A stretch of DNA of 60,561 nt, counting the filler, from Ionaspis alba (lineage: Eukaryota): the NCBI GenBank assembly GCA_964255285.1. It is 7 parts of 7 records of this genome, joined end to end, with 100 filler letters (N's around TTAATTAATTAA, not from the genome) between each part and the next. Parts side by side here need not be neighbours in the genome. Positions count along the whole stretch, not along the records: positions 43,382 to 51,939 come from CAXUUL010000734.1; positions 52,040 to 60,561 come from CAXUUL010000735.1; 5 more parts are not named here. One strand, given 5' to 3'. The number at the start of each line of letters is the position of its first letter. The first letter of the stretch is position 1. The notes below the pieces were generated by a model. It had not been told where the DNA came from. It saw only the letters and a program-made list of their open reading frames with translations, and did no database searches. Position numbers and translations under genes: made by a program. Shown here one piece after another: positions 49,616-60,561 of the stretch.

Positions 49616-51315
49616 TCACCAACTCACATGCCTCCTAGCATGCCTCTGCAAATGCCTTCTCACAACCCTCGACGCACTCGGCGAACAAGTTCCAAAGCCA
49701 GACTGACAGCCATCGCCACAGTAGTCAGCGGAAGTACCGCAGTATCTATCGATCACGGTCAGCAAACCAACTCTTCTGCAGCAGCATGACAGTGAAAAAG
49801 AAGATGGCCTACCCATGCGACGAGCAACAGAGTCCCTGTGCGCAAGTCTCCCCACCATTATTAGACCCGCACTGATCAATCGACCCACCACCACTACTAC
49901 CCGACCCCTCCTGCTGCTGCGGAGCACTAGGCTTCGAGGCCTCATACTGTGGCGGGGAGGATTCCGACACAGGCTGTGCCTCAGATGCAGGCGCCAGAGC
50001 CTGAGGCGCCATATCCGCCGACGTCGGCGACGACCCAGTCATTTTCATCGGCGCAGGGAGATTCGCAGCTCTGACCAGCGGCGGCGTAAGATCCTTGCCC
50101 GCATTCGGCGGGCCAGTGAAAGAGCCCGAGCCGCAGCCTTCTTGGATGGCTTTGCATTTGGATTCCCAGATGGGGCAGTTTTTGGAGCCGGTGGGACCGC
50201 TGGAGGCGTAGCAGGTTGTTGTTTGGTCCCAGCAGTTTTTGGAGGCCTGTGAGATTGTGGGGCGTTAGTATTGGGTATGGGGGGTTCAGAAGGGGAAGAA
50301 TAGGATGGGGAGGGGAGGACGTACGGCCCAGCAGCTGGATTCGTCGTTGTAGGAGGGGACTTCGATGCCGCACCAATTGTCGTTTTGGAGGACGCAGTTT
50401 GCGGGCTTCAGACCTTGGATTTGAGTTGTCTCGCGCACAAAGAGGCTGCGTTTGGAGGTTCTGGTGTAGATTGGGGGGCCGAATGTCGGGTAGGGGAGTT
50501 TCATGGGCTGGTTCCAGATGTTAAAGGTCATGGCTGCGTTGTCTTTGGTCATGTCGACGTGGCCGGGGATGGAGACCGTGTTCTTGGGGACGGAGGTACC
50601 GGTCGATGAGAGGAAGAGTTGGGCGCAGCCGACGTAGAATTGAGGATCTGGTGGGGATTTGTCGGCTTGGTGGAGTGCGAGGAGCTCGGGACGGAGGAGA
50701 TAGTAGCCGCCTGCTATGTCGCTAGGCAGTTTTACGGATAGGAAGCCGTTGTTGTCCATGATCTTTTCGGTGCACCATTTTCCGGCCGCGTTGTCGTAGT
50801 CTTCGGCGAAGATCTTGAACCAGCCGTCGCCGACTGCGTTGTTGTCGGCCATGGCGGATTCGACCTTTTTCATGTACACAGCGCAAGGTCCCTTGTGGGA
50901 GATGTCGATCGATCCGGGTTGGGAGCCGTCGGGCCAGGTGCGGTATTCGAAGGTGATTGTTGAGGCGGCATTGGCTTTGCAGACACGGGCGACGCCTTTC
51001 TGTCCGTTCACACCTAGGATGGTGAGTATACAGATATCGAGATTAATGGTAATGCGCTTGTAATAATGACATCTATGTTGACGGTGGAAGTCAAGAATGA
51101 GTACGAGAACAACTGTACTTACCACACGCCATATCATCACCAGTGATGCCCTTCAATGGAGACGTAGCATGAGGAATATCATTGCTCATACGCACACAAG
51201 TTCCATCACCCTGTGGGGTCCCATCAACGAAGAAGTTGGTGAACAGTGTATGAGCCTGAGCCTGCTGGAGAGTCGCCACTGCCAGCAGTAGAGAAGTGAG
51301 AGTAGGATACTGCAT
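49616..51315 (-). CDS. AA9 lytic polysaccharide monooxygenase with a Cys-rich module, linker and C-terminal CBM18 (hevein) domain; 4 exons
   Basis: Signal peptide ending QAQA|H (His1); SHKGP; LALH; PQFYVGCAQL; CVLQNDNWCG..CW|ASKNCWDQ..C module; CGSNNGGETCAQGLCCSSHG|YCGTSADYCGDGCQSGFGTC. Confidence 0.92.
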
Positions 51316-51939
51316 TTTGAACTATTCGAACAAATCTTCTGTTTGGAAATATTGTCAATGAAAGTATGGTATGAAGACTGCTTCGATCCCGATCGACGAG
51401 CTGCTACAAATTTCTGGTGAAAGGAAATGACTGTTGTTGACCGTGATGGCCAGAAGGAAGGGACGAGAATTTCTCAGAAATCTCAAGACGTCAAGTCGAT
51501 GGTGATGGAGAAGGAAGGAGGAAGTGAGGAGATGAAGTGAAATGTGCAAATGAAGGCATAGGAATTATGAGCTGAAATTTGAAGGTTGCCGCTACGAGTC
51601 GGGTGGATTATCGAGGGTAAGGAAGTTAGAAGCGCCTGGTGATATGCCGTTGTTTCAAGAGACACCACGAAATGTGGAGTGTGGTTCAGCGCACACTGCA
51701 GTGGTAGTAAACTTGCATATGCTCACGACCATGGTCTTCGACCAAACATTATCGCGATGACGGGCTTTCAGATTCATTGCGTTGCAGTAGAGTCAGAAAC
51801 GAAAGATTGTTTGCCTCTTGCGTTTTCGTGTGAGCAGCCAGTCAGAGGACGAAGGAGCTCATTCAAACCCCTCGTCCCACCCCCTGCTTGGTGCAGAGCG
51901 CCAGCACGCCATCATCGAAGCCAACGGCAGATCGTCAGT

Positions 51940-52039
51940 NNNNNNNNNNNNNNNNNNNNNNNNNNNNNNNNNNNNNNNNNNNNTTAATTAATTAANNNNN
52001 NNNNNNNNNNNNNNNNNNNNNNNNNNNNNNNNNNNNNNN
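51940..52039. other. Artificial contig spacer 6
   Basis: N44-TTAATTAATTAA-N44. Confidence 0.98.
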
Positions 52040-52253
52040 GCACGGAGACACAACTTAAGCTGTTTTTTTGCTGCCGTGACCTGCAGCTTGTGACTACTCT
52101 CCCAGTTGGACTTATATAAACACCGGTAACTTGTTGAATTCGACTCGGTTCCTTCAGTCCAATTATTTTGTCGTTAGAGCTCCTCGTGGTCTCAAGATAA
52201 ACAATACCCCACTTTGAAGTGTTGACGGAATAGCTGAGCAAGCTGGTCGTTTG

Positions 52254-53788
52254 ATGCTTGCATGCACTCTATCAGGATCTAGGAATACAACAATACGACT
52301 GCTATCTTTTCGTACAAAGCTCACAACCACATCAACAGCTTCAAACTCGATACCTTGGCGCTTCAACCAATCTCACAAAGCAAGAATGGCGTCACTGGCC
52401 CCACATGAGAAGAGGCACAAGGTGACAGTAGTGGGATCGGGGAATTGGTAGGACTTTCCGGATGTTCTGCTGCAGTGAAGCATTTGCTGACTGTCATCAT
52501 TCTTAGGGGATCCACAATCGCAAAGATCGTCGCAGAGAACACGGCCGCACATCCAGACATCTTCGAGCCCGATGTACAAATGTGGGTTTTCGAAGAAACA
52601 GTCACGCTTCCTCAATCCTCCAAACACTACGACGCCTCGTCCGATCTCAGCACCAAGCCACAAAAACTCACCACCTTAATAAACACCTTCCATGAAAACG
52701 TTAAATATCTCCCCAACATCGCCCTACCCAAAAATGTTCACGCCAATCCCTCAGTCCAAGAAGCCGCCCAAGATGCCACAATCCTTGTTTTCAACCTCCC
52801 TGACCAATTCATCCCCAAAGTCTGCGAGCAACTTCAAGGCCACATTCTTCCCTACGCCCGCGGCATCTCCTGCATCAAAGGCGTCAGCGTGTCGGCATCC
52901 ACAATCTCGCTCTTTTCCGAAACCATAAGCGCAAAGCTGGGGATATACTGCGGAGCCCTCTCCGGGGCCAACATCGCCACAGAAGTCGCGCAAGAGAAGT
53001 TCTCCGAGACAACAGTCGCCTACGCGCCGCCACCCATGGACTCTCGCCAACCAACCCCCCACGACTCCCGCAGCCATACTCCCAAAGGCCCAACCCCGCA
53101 GTCCTCGCAGCTAGATCTGACAGCTCTGACGGAACACAAGACCTCCTCGGGCAAAACGCACAAATTGAAACCTCTCCCCCCGGACTTCCCACCCCTCGAC
53201 CACGCAACCTTCAAAGCCCTCTTCCACCGCCCCTACTTCCACGTCCGCCTCGTCTCCGACGTAACCGCCGTCTCCCTCTCCGGCGCCCTCAAAAACGTCG
53301 TCGCTCTAGCCGCCGGCTTCGTCTCTGGCCTGCAATGGGGCGACAACGCCAAAGCAGCCATCATGCGCGTCGGCCTTGTCGAAATGGTCAAGTTCGGGCA
53401 TACCTTTTTCCCGGACTCGGGCATCCGTACGGAGACCTTTACGGAGGAGTCAGCCGGCGTGGCGGATCTGATTACGAGTTGTAGCTCTGGCAGGAATTAT
53501 CGCTGTGCGAAGATGTCGGTTGAGAGAGGCGTTAGTGTGGATGTGGTCGAGAGGGATGAGTTGAATGGGCAGATGTTGCAGGGGTTGGGGACTGCGAGGG
53601 AGGTAAATGCTTTTTTGAAGGCGAGGGGCCAGGAGGAGGATTTCCCGCTTTTGACGGCTGTTTACAGTAAGTTCTTCCTTGTCCACAGAGGGTGGCTTTG
53701 TAAGAAGGGTGGCTGACGGGCTGCAACAGAGATCTTGCAGGGCGAGAAGCAGCCCAAGGATATTCCGGATTTGATCCAGACCTTGTAG
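52254..53788 (+). CDS. GPD1: NAD-dependent glycerol-3-phosphate dehydrogenase, 3 exons (alternative ATG at 52386)
   Basis: [71 protein letters not shown]. Confidence 0.96.
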
Positions 53789-54505
53789 GAATCTGATTGG
53801 ATGGCGTGGCGAGTGCTTTCTTGTTCGGGGAAGTGCGGTCGATTGTGTTGTTAGGAGCGCAGGGTTGTGATTATGACGCGGGAGGCATTTTTGAGAAGCA
53901 ATGGTAATATAGTCTACGGGGGTTGGCGTGACTCTGGTGGATGGTTTTGTGTACAGGAGTGGTGCAAGGGCACTCGGTAAGCATACCCAGATACGTGGTA
54001 GACTTTTCTTGTACTCTGGCAGGTAGATGTGAAATAGAGTTCTCTTGGCGGTTGCTCATCTCTGTCACTAGAGAGCGAGCTGGCAATAACTCCACGATTT
54101 ACATATCCATCGTTTTCCAAGAGAAAAGCTGGTCTAGGAATCTTACTCCTGGGGCGTAAACTTACCTCCGTTCTATCCATCTGCATGTCTTACCCGAAGA
54201 AGCCACTTTATTGGCTGTTTGAAAACCAGAAAGCATGACGATGACTTCTGAGCTCAATTTTGCTTATTCTCTCTATCCATCTTGTGCATCGACGAGACCC
54301 TTAAATCCGCAATGGAGAAGATAAGTCCGAACTTAAAGCCGATCAATTGAAGATTCAAAATGGAGAGGTAGCCTCCTTATGAGAAGTTTCTTGGATGCCT
54401 ATCTGAACCGCATGTGATCTGGTGTTTCTGTCTTTTCTTCCTACTTTGCTGTCTTTAGAATCCGGAACCAAGAAGTACGGAAATCTTTGCTGAACGGCGC
54501 AAAAC

Positions 54506-55659
54506 ATGTCGGGACTCATCGATTACAAGCCTGCAATGCCAGACTCCCTGCGGATACCTCTTGAAGCCACAAAAGTTGAATACAGACGCCTTGGCAAGAG
54601 TGGGTTAAAAGTCTCTGTGCCAATCTTGGGGGCTATGAGTTTCGGTAATTCAAAATGGTTGGATTGGGTTCTGGAGGAGGATAAGGTATGCTCGGTTCAC
54701 CATCCATCTCGCCAGTCATCTATGAAGATACATATACCCCTCTTAGCATTCCAGGTCACTGAAGAGGTCACTAGGCTTTGCCCATCCTGAAGGCCGCTTA
54801 TGATCGAGGTCTGAACACCGTAGGTCCATAACCTTAACGCCAAGCAGCTTTGGCATTGGCGATGGAACTTCTACTATATTGACTCGAAAACTCCAGTGGG
54901 ACACTTCGAACAACTACTCNNNNNNNNNNNNNNNNNNNNNNNNNNNNNNNNNNNNNNNNNNNNNNNNNNNNNNNNNNNNNNNNNNNNNNNNNNNNNNNNN
55001 NNNNNNNNNNNNNNNNNNNATCGAAGAGACAATGGAAGCATTGCATGATCTTGTCAAGAGCGGTAAAGTACGCTACATAGGTGCCAGCTCCATGTGGACA
55101 TATCAATTCGTCATGATGCAGGCTGTGGCTGAAAAGCACGGCTGGACGAAGTTTGTTAGTATGCAGAATCATTATCATCTGTTGTATCGAGAAGAGGAAA
55201 GAGAGATGAACCGGTACTGCGATTTGACAGGGGTGGGACTCATTCCGGTATGCTGCTCCTTTACGTGGTAGGTCGGGGCCAGGTATGAAGCAGCATAGCT
55301 GATATTTGCATCAGTGGTCCCCGCTGTGCCGTGGCCACTTAGCACGCCCGCGGTCCACTAAGAAGGATTCGACGCGTGGGACAGGCGAGGCTGAAAAGCC
55401 CTTCTTCGCATCTGGATCCGGTAAGGTGGATGAGGAGATCATTGACCGCGTGGAGGAATTGGCAAAGAAGAAGGGGTGGAAAATGAGTGAAGTTGCACTG
55501 GCATGGATCAATAAGAGAGTCACCAGTCCTATCATTGGATTCAGTAGCGTAGAGAGAATCGATGAGGCTATTGGTGTGAGAGGAAAGACGCTGACCGAAG
55601 AGGAGGAGAGGTATTTGGAAGAATTGTATGTGCCAAGGACCATCCAGGGACATATGTAG
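54506..55659 (+). CDS. Aldo-keto reductase (aryl-alcohol dehydrogenase-like), interrupted by an assembly gap
   Basis: [73 protein letters not shown]. 100 N at 54920-55019. Confidence 0.92.
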
Positions 55660-56134
55660 ATGGGTGTCCTGGTATTAGGATTCATCTCAATTGTCTTCTA
55701 AGCTCCTCCGCGCCACGACTGTACGAAAGCGTCTGTGCTGAGAGGCGTGAGTGCCAGTGTGCTAAGTATGATTGGTGAAGTCCAGAAGACTAGCGCTACT
55801 AAGGGAAAGGTGAGGTCTCTGTATTTAGTCAGCTCAACGATGCTTACCAACCCGTGCCAACTTGTCGGTACCGAAGCAGCAAGGATCTGCCAACATAAAG
55901 CATAAATTGTCTTGGCAAATATTCGGCGTCGCGCCGGCCTTCAAGTTTCGGACTCGGGGCAACTTCGACGAACAAAGGATCATTGTGCTCACTAATCACA
56001 GTCACTACATTGCCAAAGGTGCTCACTTGTGTATATATGTCTAGTGCTTTATATATTGTCCATTTCTAATAAAAAGACTCGTTCCGTGGCGGCGCTGGAT
56101 TGAGTGGAAACAACCAATCTATTTTGTTACAATA

Positions 56135-57307
56135 ATGCATAATTCATATATACCGCTCACTACAGATTCTCCTTCGGATGAGGAAGCCGTTGGTCACGAA
56201 GCCGTTGCTGTTCTGGACGACATCACAACTCTCGACACAACCCCTAAAGCAGCATACAAATGCCACACCTGGTCCAAAAGTCTTCCACGTACCTCCTATC
56301 ATCGCCTCTCTCAGTCTACAGAAAAGTCTTCCAAGATCGACGACGCGATTGAAAGACCCGGCGATCCGGAAAAGACAGTTCTCTACCTCGCCTATGGTTC
56401 CAACCTGTCCGCGGAGACCTTCCAAGGCAAACGCGGTATCCGCCCCCTGTCCGCCATCACCGTCCTCGTGCCGTCCTTGTCCCTAACCTTTGATTTGCCT
56501 GGTGTACCCTATACAGAGCCCTGCTTCGCCAACACAGCCTACCGCACGCCTCCTCCCGCAGAGCTCTCCGACAAAGCAAGACTCCTCCCTGGGACGACCT
56601 CAACATCCGAAGACGCACCGCACAACCCTCCACCTTTCCCACATGGTCTTGTGGGCGTTGTCTACGAAGTCACTCCGGCAGACTATGCGCACATCATAGC
56701 TACTGAAGGCGGTGGCGCGTCCTACCACGACGTTCTTGTTAAATGCCACTCCTTGCCTCCCTCCTCGCCAACCGTCCCTGCACATCCTGACACTCCGGCT
56801 TTCCCTGCACATACTCTCTTCGCACCTCTGAAGAAACTGTCGCGGCCACACCCGGACTATGCGCAGGCCTCGCCACGATATCTTAAGCTCCTGAAGGATG
56901 GCGCGGATGAACACAGCTTTCCGGACGATTACAAGAAGTATCTAGCATCGCTGGAGGGATATCGGATCACCAGCCAGCGGCAGCAGATGGGACAGTTCAT
57001 CTTCTTGGCCATTTGGTGGCCGATCGTCATGTTTCTGTTTGGATTGGGGAAGATTTACAAAGATGGAGAGGGGAGGAGTCCTCCGTGGTTAGTCTGGATG
57101 TTGGAATCGGTGTTCACGGGCATGTGGAAGTTCTATGATGGGTGGTTCAAATACGTGTTTGGGGATGGCGAAAGGACTGTTGAAGGGGATGGAGGAAGGG
57201 GTCGAAAGTTTGCAAAGAGTCAGACTTTACTTGGAGAGAAGTCTGTTCTGGACATCAGCAAAAATGCGTTGGACAAGAAGGTGGGTGATGCTGTGGACAT
57301 GGCTTGA
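56135..57307 (+). CDS. GliK-like gamma-glutamylcyclotransferase with a C-terminal membrane anchor
   Basis: VLYLAYGSNL; LTFDLPGVPYTEPCFAN; GVVYEVT..DYAHIIATEGGGASY; ASPRYLKLL..GA.EH; hydrophobic FIFLAIWWPIVMFLFGL. Confidence 0.85.
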   Translation: MHNSYIPLTTDSPSDEEAVGHEAVAVLDDITTLDTTPKAAYKCHTWSKSLPRTSYHRLSQSTEKSSKIDDAIERPGDPEKTVLYLAYGSNLSAETFQGKRGIRPLSAITVLVPSLSLTFDLPGVPYTEPCFANTAYRTPPPAELSDKARLLPGTTSTSEDAPHNPPPFPHGLVGVVYEVTPADYAHIIATEGGGASYHDVLVKCHSLPPSSPTVPAHPDTPAFPAHTLFAPLKKLSRPHPDYAQASPRYLKLLKDGADEHSFPDDYKKYLASLEGYRITSQRQQMGQFIFLAIWWPIVMFLFGLGKIYKDGEGRSPPWLVWMLESVFTGMWKFYDGWFKYVFGDGERTVEGDGGRGRKFAKSQTLLGEKSVLDISKNALDKKVGDAVDMA

Positions 57308-57895
57308 CACCTTGCAGGGCGTTGGAGCCATGTCAAGACTGTCAATGCTCGGTTTAGAAGTATTTTTAAGCGGTATGAGGATGTTGGCAGGCTCTCTTGC
57401 TGAGCACAATCCTGAAATCTGATTGGTTTTACAAAGTACGGCGATTTCGCCCAAAATTCTCTAGCGCAAAGCGAACAATGCACGCTTCACTGTATCTTTC
57501 GGCTTCCTGCAGACACCGCCTTCGGCTTGCTGCTCATCAAGCTACCCTTCAATGTCTGCCCAAAGCCGTTTTCGTTGCTGGGCTGGTGTCTATGTAGCAC
57601 TTCATGAGGGCTGAAACTTGCTTCGGCGACTCGCAGACACGAGAGGAGACTTAAGCGGAGAGGAGGGGTTTTGCAACACGCACTATGGTCTTGCTGGTTG
57701 CTGAATTGCACAGCGTCGGATAATTGCTTGGCCAAAGTTGTTATCATTTGACCTTCTCCGTTGTTGGCTTTGTCTATTCTATGAATGGAACTGGCGCAGT
57801 TTTGCAATGGCACTTAAAGATCCTATGTCCACATCTCAAATATCTGTACTCGAAGTATCGGGGTTAACAGTTCCAATTCTTTGTCCTTCGTTGCT

Positions 57896-60192
57896 ATGTC
57901 GTACGAGCCTCTTCCCCCCATAGAGGGACAAACTCCTTCGCCAGCTTTTGAAAGCGACTTCGCCGCCAGTCCGGACCCATTGCTACCCAAGCGAACCCAA
58001 TTACGGTCGTCCTCGACATCGAGATCTGGATTGGGGATCTCGAATGGAAACGACTCAGGAGATGGCCCTTTTACTGCGAACGCTGACGACCGCACCAGCT
58101 CGTCTGGCAAAAGCGACAATGGATTTCGGTGGCAACCTGTTGGGAAGCATCCATCAGTACCCCTTGGGCTTCCCACTCCAGACTCCACGGAGTTCAAATC
58201 ATCTCTCCGAGTTGTCGATACGGAGACAATTGGGGAGAAAGCTGAGGGCCTTCTGGCCAAAGGATACTCCAACAACACTCCTATGTACCCGAACGATAAG
58301 TTTCGACTAGACTCATTCTCTACACCACGGTTAAGCTCGACTCCCAGGTGGACCATTGGATGGAAAATCCCTGCATCGATCGGTGCTTCTTATCTAGCAG
58401 GTACTGGCGAACATCAATATTGACCAGGCCGTTGACTGACCCGAAGCTTCATAGCCGTGATCACAGCCGGGACTCACCTTTTCCTCTTCCGTTGGCTGAA
58501 TGGTCAACAGGTTACACATGCCGTCCCACAAACCTACGTGACAACAGCTTCCACTGCCTTCATCACATTGTTCCGAACATTTCTTAGTACTGCCTTAGCA
58601 ATCTCCATCACTCAGATTCTCTGGCAAAGATTTCGGACCCGACCAATGAAGATCTCTACAATTGACATGCTTCTCTCACTGACGACGAATCCTTCGAATC
58701 TTGCATACCCCGAGGTTTTCGTAGGCGCCCCTCTTTTGTATATTTGTGCTGCTCTCTACTACTGCCTACCGATCGCAATGGTACATCCTCCCGGCGCCAT
58801 GATCGTGGCATCGTTGCCTTTTGTCCAGGATTTGAATATAACCGTACCAACATTTGATCCGTCATATCAAGGAGAGGTCACATTCATGGACCTGGCAAAG
58901 CATGCCCTGTTTAGATATGATCGTTTCATCAACTATAAGTAAGGGCCTGCAAGCGTATTACATGCAATTGCCCCGCATAGCTGACGTTGTGATTAGGATG
59001 CCCCAACTCAGCCTATCGCGAGTTGGAAAGCAAACAATCACCATGGGGAGCTACCGGACCTCACCATCTCCATGCGGACAGAACTGTTCCTACACACTCG
59101 AAGTGCTAGGGCCTGGCTATCTATGTGAGGATTTGGTCAGTTACAACCTGTCGGAAGTGATCAACGATGCGTATCCAGGCACAGAACCATTTGTGTATTA
59201 TGATCATTCTCTTTTCATGGCTGCCGAGTCCTCTAATCGGTCTGTCACCGAATACCGCTTCAATGTGACATGGTTGGGCGAGGGTAACGTTTCGCCTCAA
59301 TATCTGAGCTGTGTTGCTCAGGAGACTGTGTATTCGATGAACGTATCATACCTCAACGGCCAACAGGCTGTCGAAACAAACATCGTTTCGCAGAAAGTCT
59401 TGGAGCCTTTGCAGAGCCTCGGAAATTATAGCGACTTCTACCCTCTTGACAAAAACCAGACAGTGTCCGAGCTCGAGTCGCAGGGGGTAAACGTTATTGA
59501 GCATTTCAGGAGGGCTAATCTCATTGCCGTGAAAGATACATTAGTTCGCTCATTATCGGGCCTTGTTGCTCAGGCCAGTGAGTCCACGTCAGCACTTAGT
59601 ACACGTGGTCTTAAAGAGCTTACTCGCTTCTCTAGGCGACGCGACCCGTAAGATCCTCAATACACTTGTCCAAGAATCCAACTTTGCCCACCTAATGGAA
59701 GAGGATGTCCAGCAAGCGCCATTCTTCATAGTTCCCACCGACGCAATTCAAGAACTAATGCAAAACATCACCATCTCCATGCTCACCCTCAACCAGTCAA
59801 GCACAATGGCTCGTGTGCGGAAAACAGATTATGTCAATTACTTCGTCTTCAACGACCCCTTGAAGCTGATACTACCATACTTTGTCTGCCTCGCGCTCGC
59901 TGTTCCGTTCATCTTTGCCGCTGGCACCGCTTTACGCATTAACGGCGTGTCCGCAAGCTCAAACAGTTTCCTGCAAACTCTGTGTACTACCAGAGGATGT
60001 GAGAGGCTTGATCGCGCTGCTGCGGAAGGATGCCTTGGTGGTCCGGACAACGTGCCCGAAGAGCTTGAGAGGCTGAAAGTGCTTTTTGGGGAATTGGTGT
60101 CAGAGGATGGAGAGGGGACTGGGCAAGCCGGGTTTGGACCGGTCGGGGAAGTGCGGCCATTAGTCAAGGGACAAGTGTATGGAAGGCAATGA
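57896..60192 (+). CDS. Fungal multi-pass membrane glycoprotein of unknown function, ~4 exons
   Basis: Introns near 58401-58455, 58938-58997 and ~59575-59635; TM segments; SPCGQNCSYTLEVLGPGYLC; many NxS/T sites; IQELMQNITISML; NGVSASSNSFLQTLCTT; KVLFGEL..AGFG. Confidence 0.7.
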
Positions 60193-60378
60193 GTCCTTTA
60201 TGTCTGGCGGAGGCTTCTACTTGGTCACGCGATTTTTTGGTTTGAAGGATAGTGTGTAGATCTAACGATTTGCTATTTCTTCTTAGGATCAACTATTGCA
60301 ATCTATGTTTTAACACCCACGCTGATCCTTCTTACAAATTCACAATCGTCTATTTTTCACATTCATATCTCCGCACCT

Positions 60379-60561
60379 TTACCAGAGGTAGTATCCCTCC
60401 GCATCTGGCTGTGCATGGGCATAAGCGTTACGGCTGTAGAGGTCAAAGTCGACATAGCCGTCGCGGGCATAAAGATCAGCGTCCGTATCCGCGTAAGCAT
60501 CCCGAGCAACAATATCCTCAAAAGATTCGGGTTTAGTATAGGCCTCTGCATCCGCATCCGC
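60379..60561 (-). CDS. C-terminal fragment of a probable secreted repeat precursor (ARDA / X-Ala dipeptide repeats)
   Basis: Open frame from the window edge: ADADAEAYTKPESFEDIVARDAYADTDADLYARDGYVDFDLYSRNAYAHAQPDAEGYYLW-TAA. Not in the ORF track because it has no start codon. Confidence 0.65.
   Translation of the reverse strand, partial: ADADAEAYTKPESFEDIVARDAYADTDADLYARDGYVDFDLYSRNAYAHAQPDAEGYYLW

Overview
This is fungal nuclear DNA from a filamentous ascomycete (Pezizomycotina, inferred from the gene families and short GT-AG introns). It is not one locus. Seven unrelated contigs, sorted by size (8588, 8581, 8576, 8576, 8560, 8558 and 8522 bp), are joined by artificial 100-bp N44-TTAATTAATTAA-N44 spacers, so gene neighbourhood means something only within a contig. 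Contig 1: Mek1-like FHA kinase, a BTB-like protein that starts with a histone-H3-like ARTKQ, and AP-2 mu. Contig 2: a ~2350-aa SAM + SNF2 (ATRX/SAD-6-like) remodeler. Contig 3: TSR1, MGS1 and kynurenine aminotransferase. Contig 4: syntaxin SSO (partial), NPT1, a NACHT-ankyrin NLR and a TIM-barrel fragment. Contig 5: RSC7/NPL6 (partial), SCH9 and a split-frame deaminase-like gene. Contig 6: a secreted Hsp70-fold-like protein, an ABCG half transporter and an AA9 LPMO with CBM18. Contig 7: GPD1, an aldo-keto reductase, a GliK-like cyclotransferase, a membrane protein and the tail of a repeat peptide precursor missing from the ORF track. I recognised no RNA genes, CRISPR arrays or intact transposons, and no multi-gene novel system is supportable. 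The best single-gene leads are the H3-tail mimic, the dual-frame deaminase, the repeat peptide precursor, the effector-less NLR and the SAM-ATRX fusion. All family assignments come from motif recognition by eye, and exon boundaries were read by eye.
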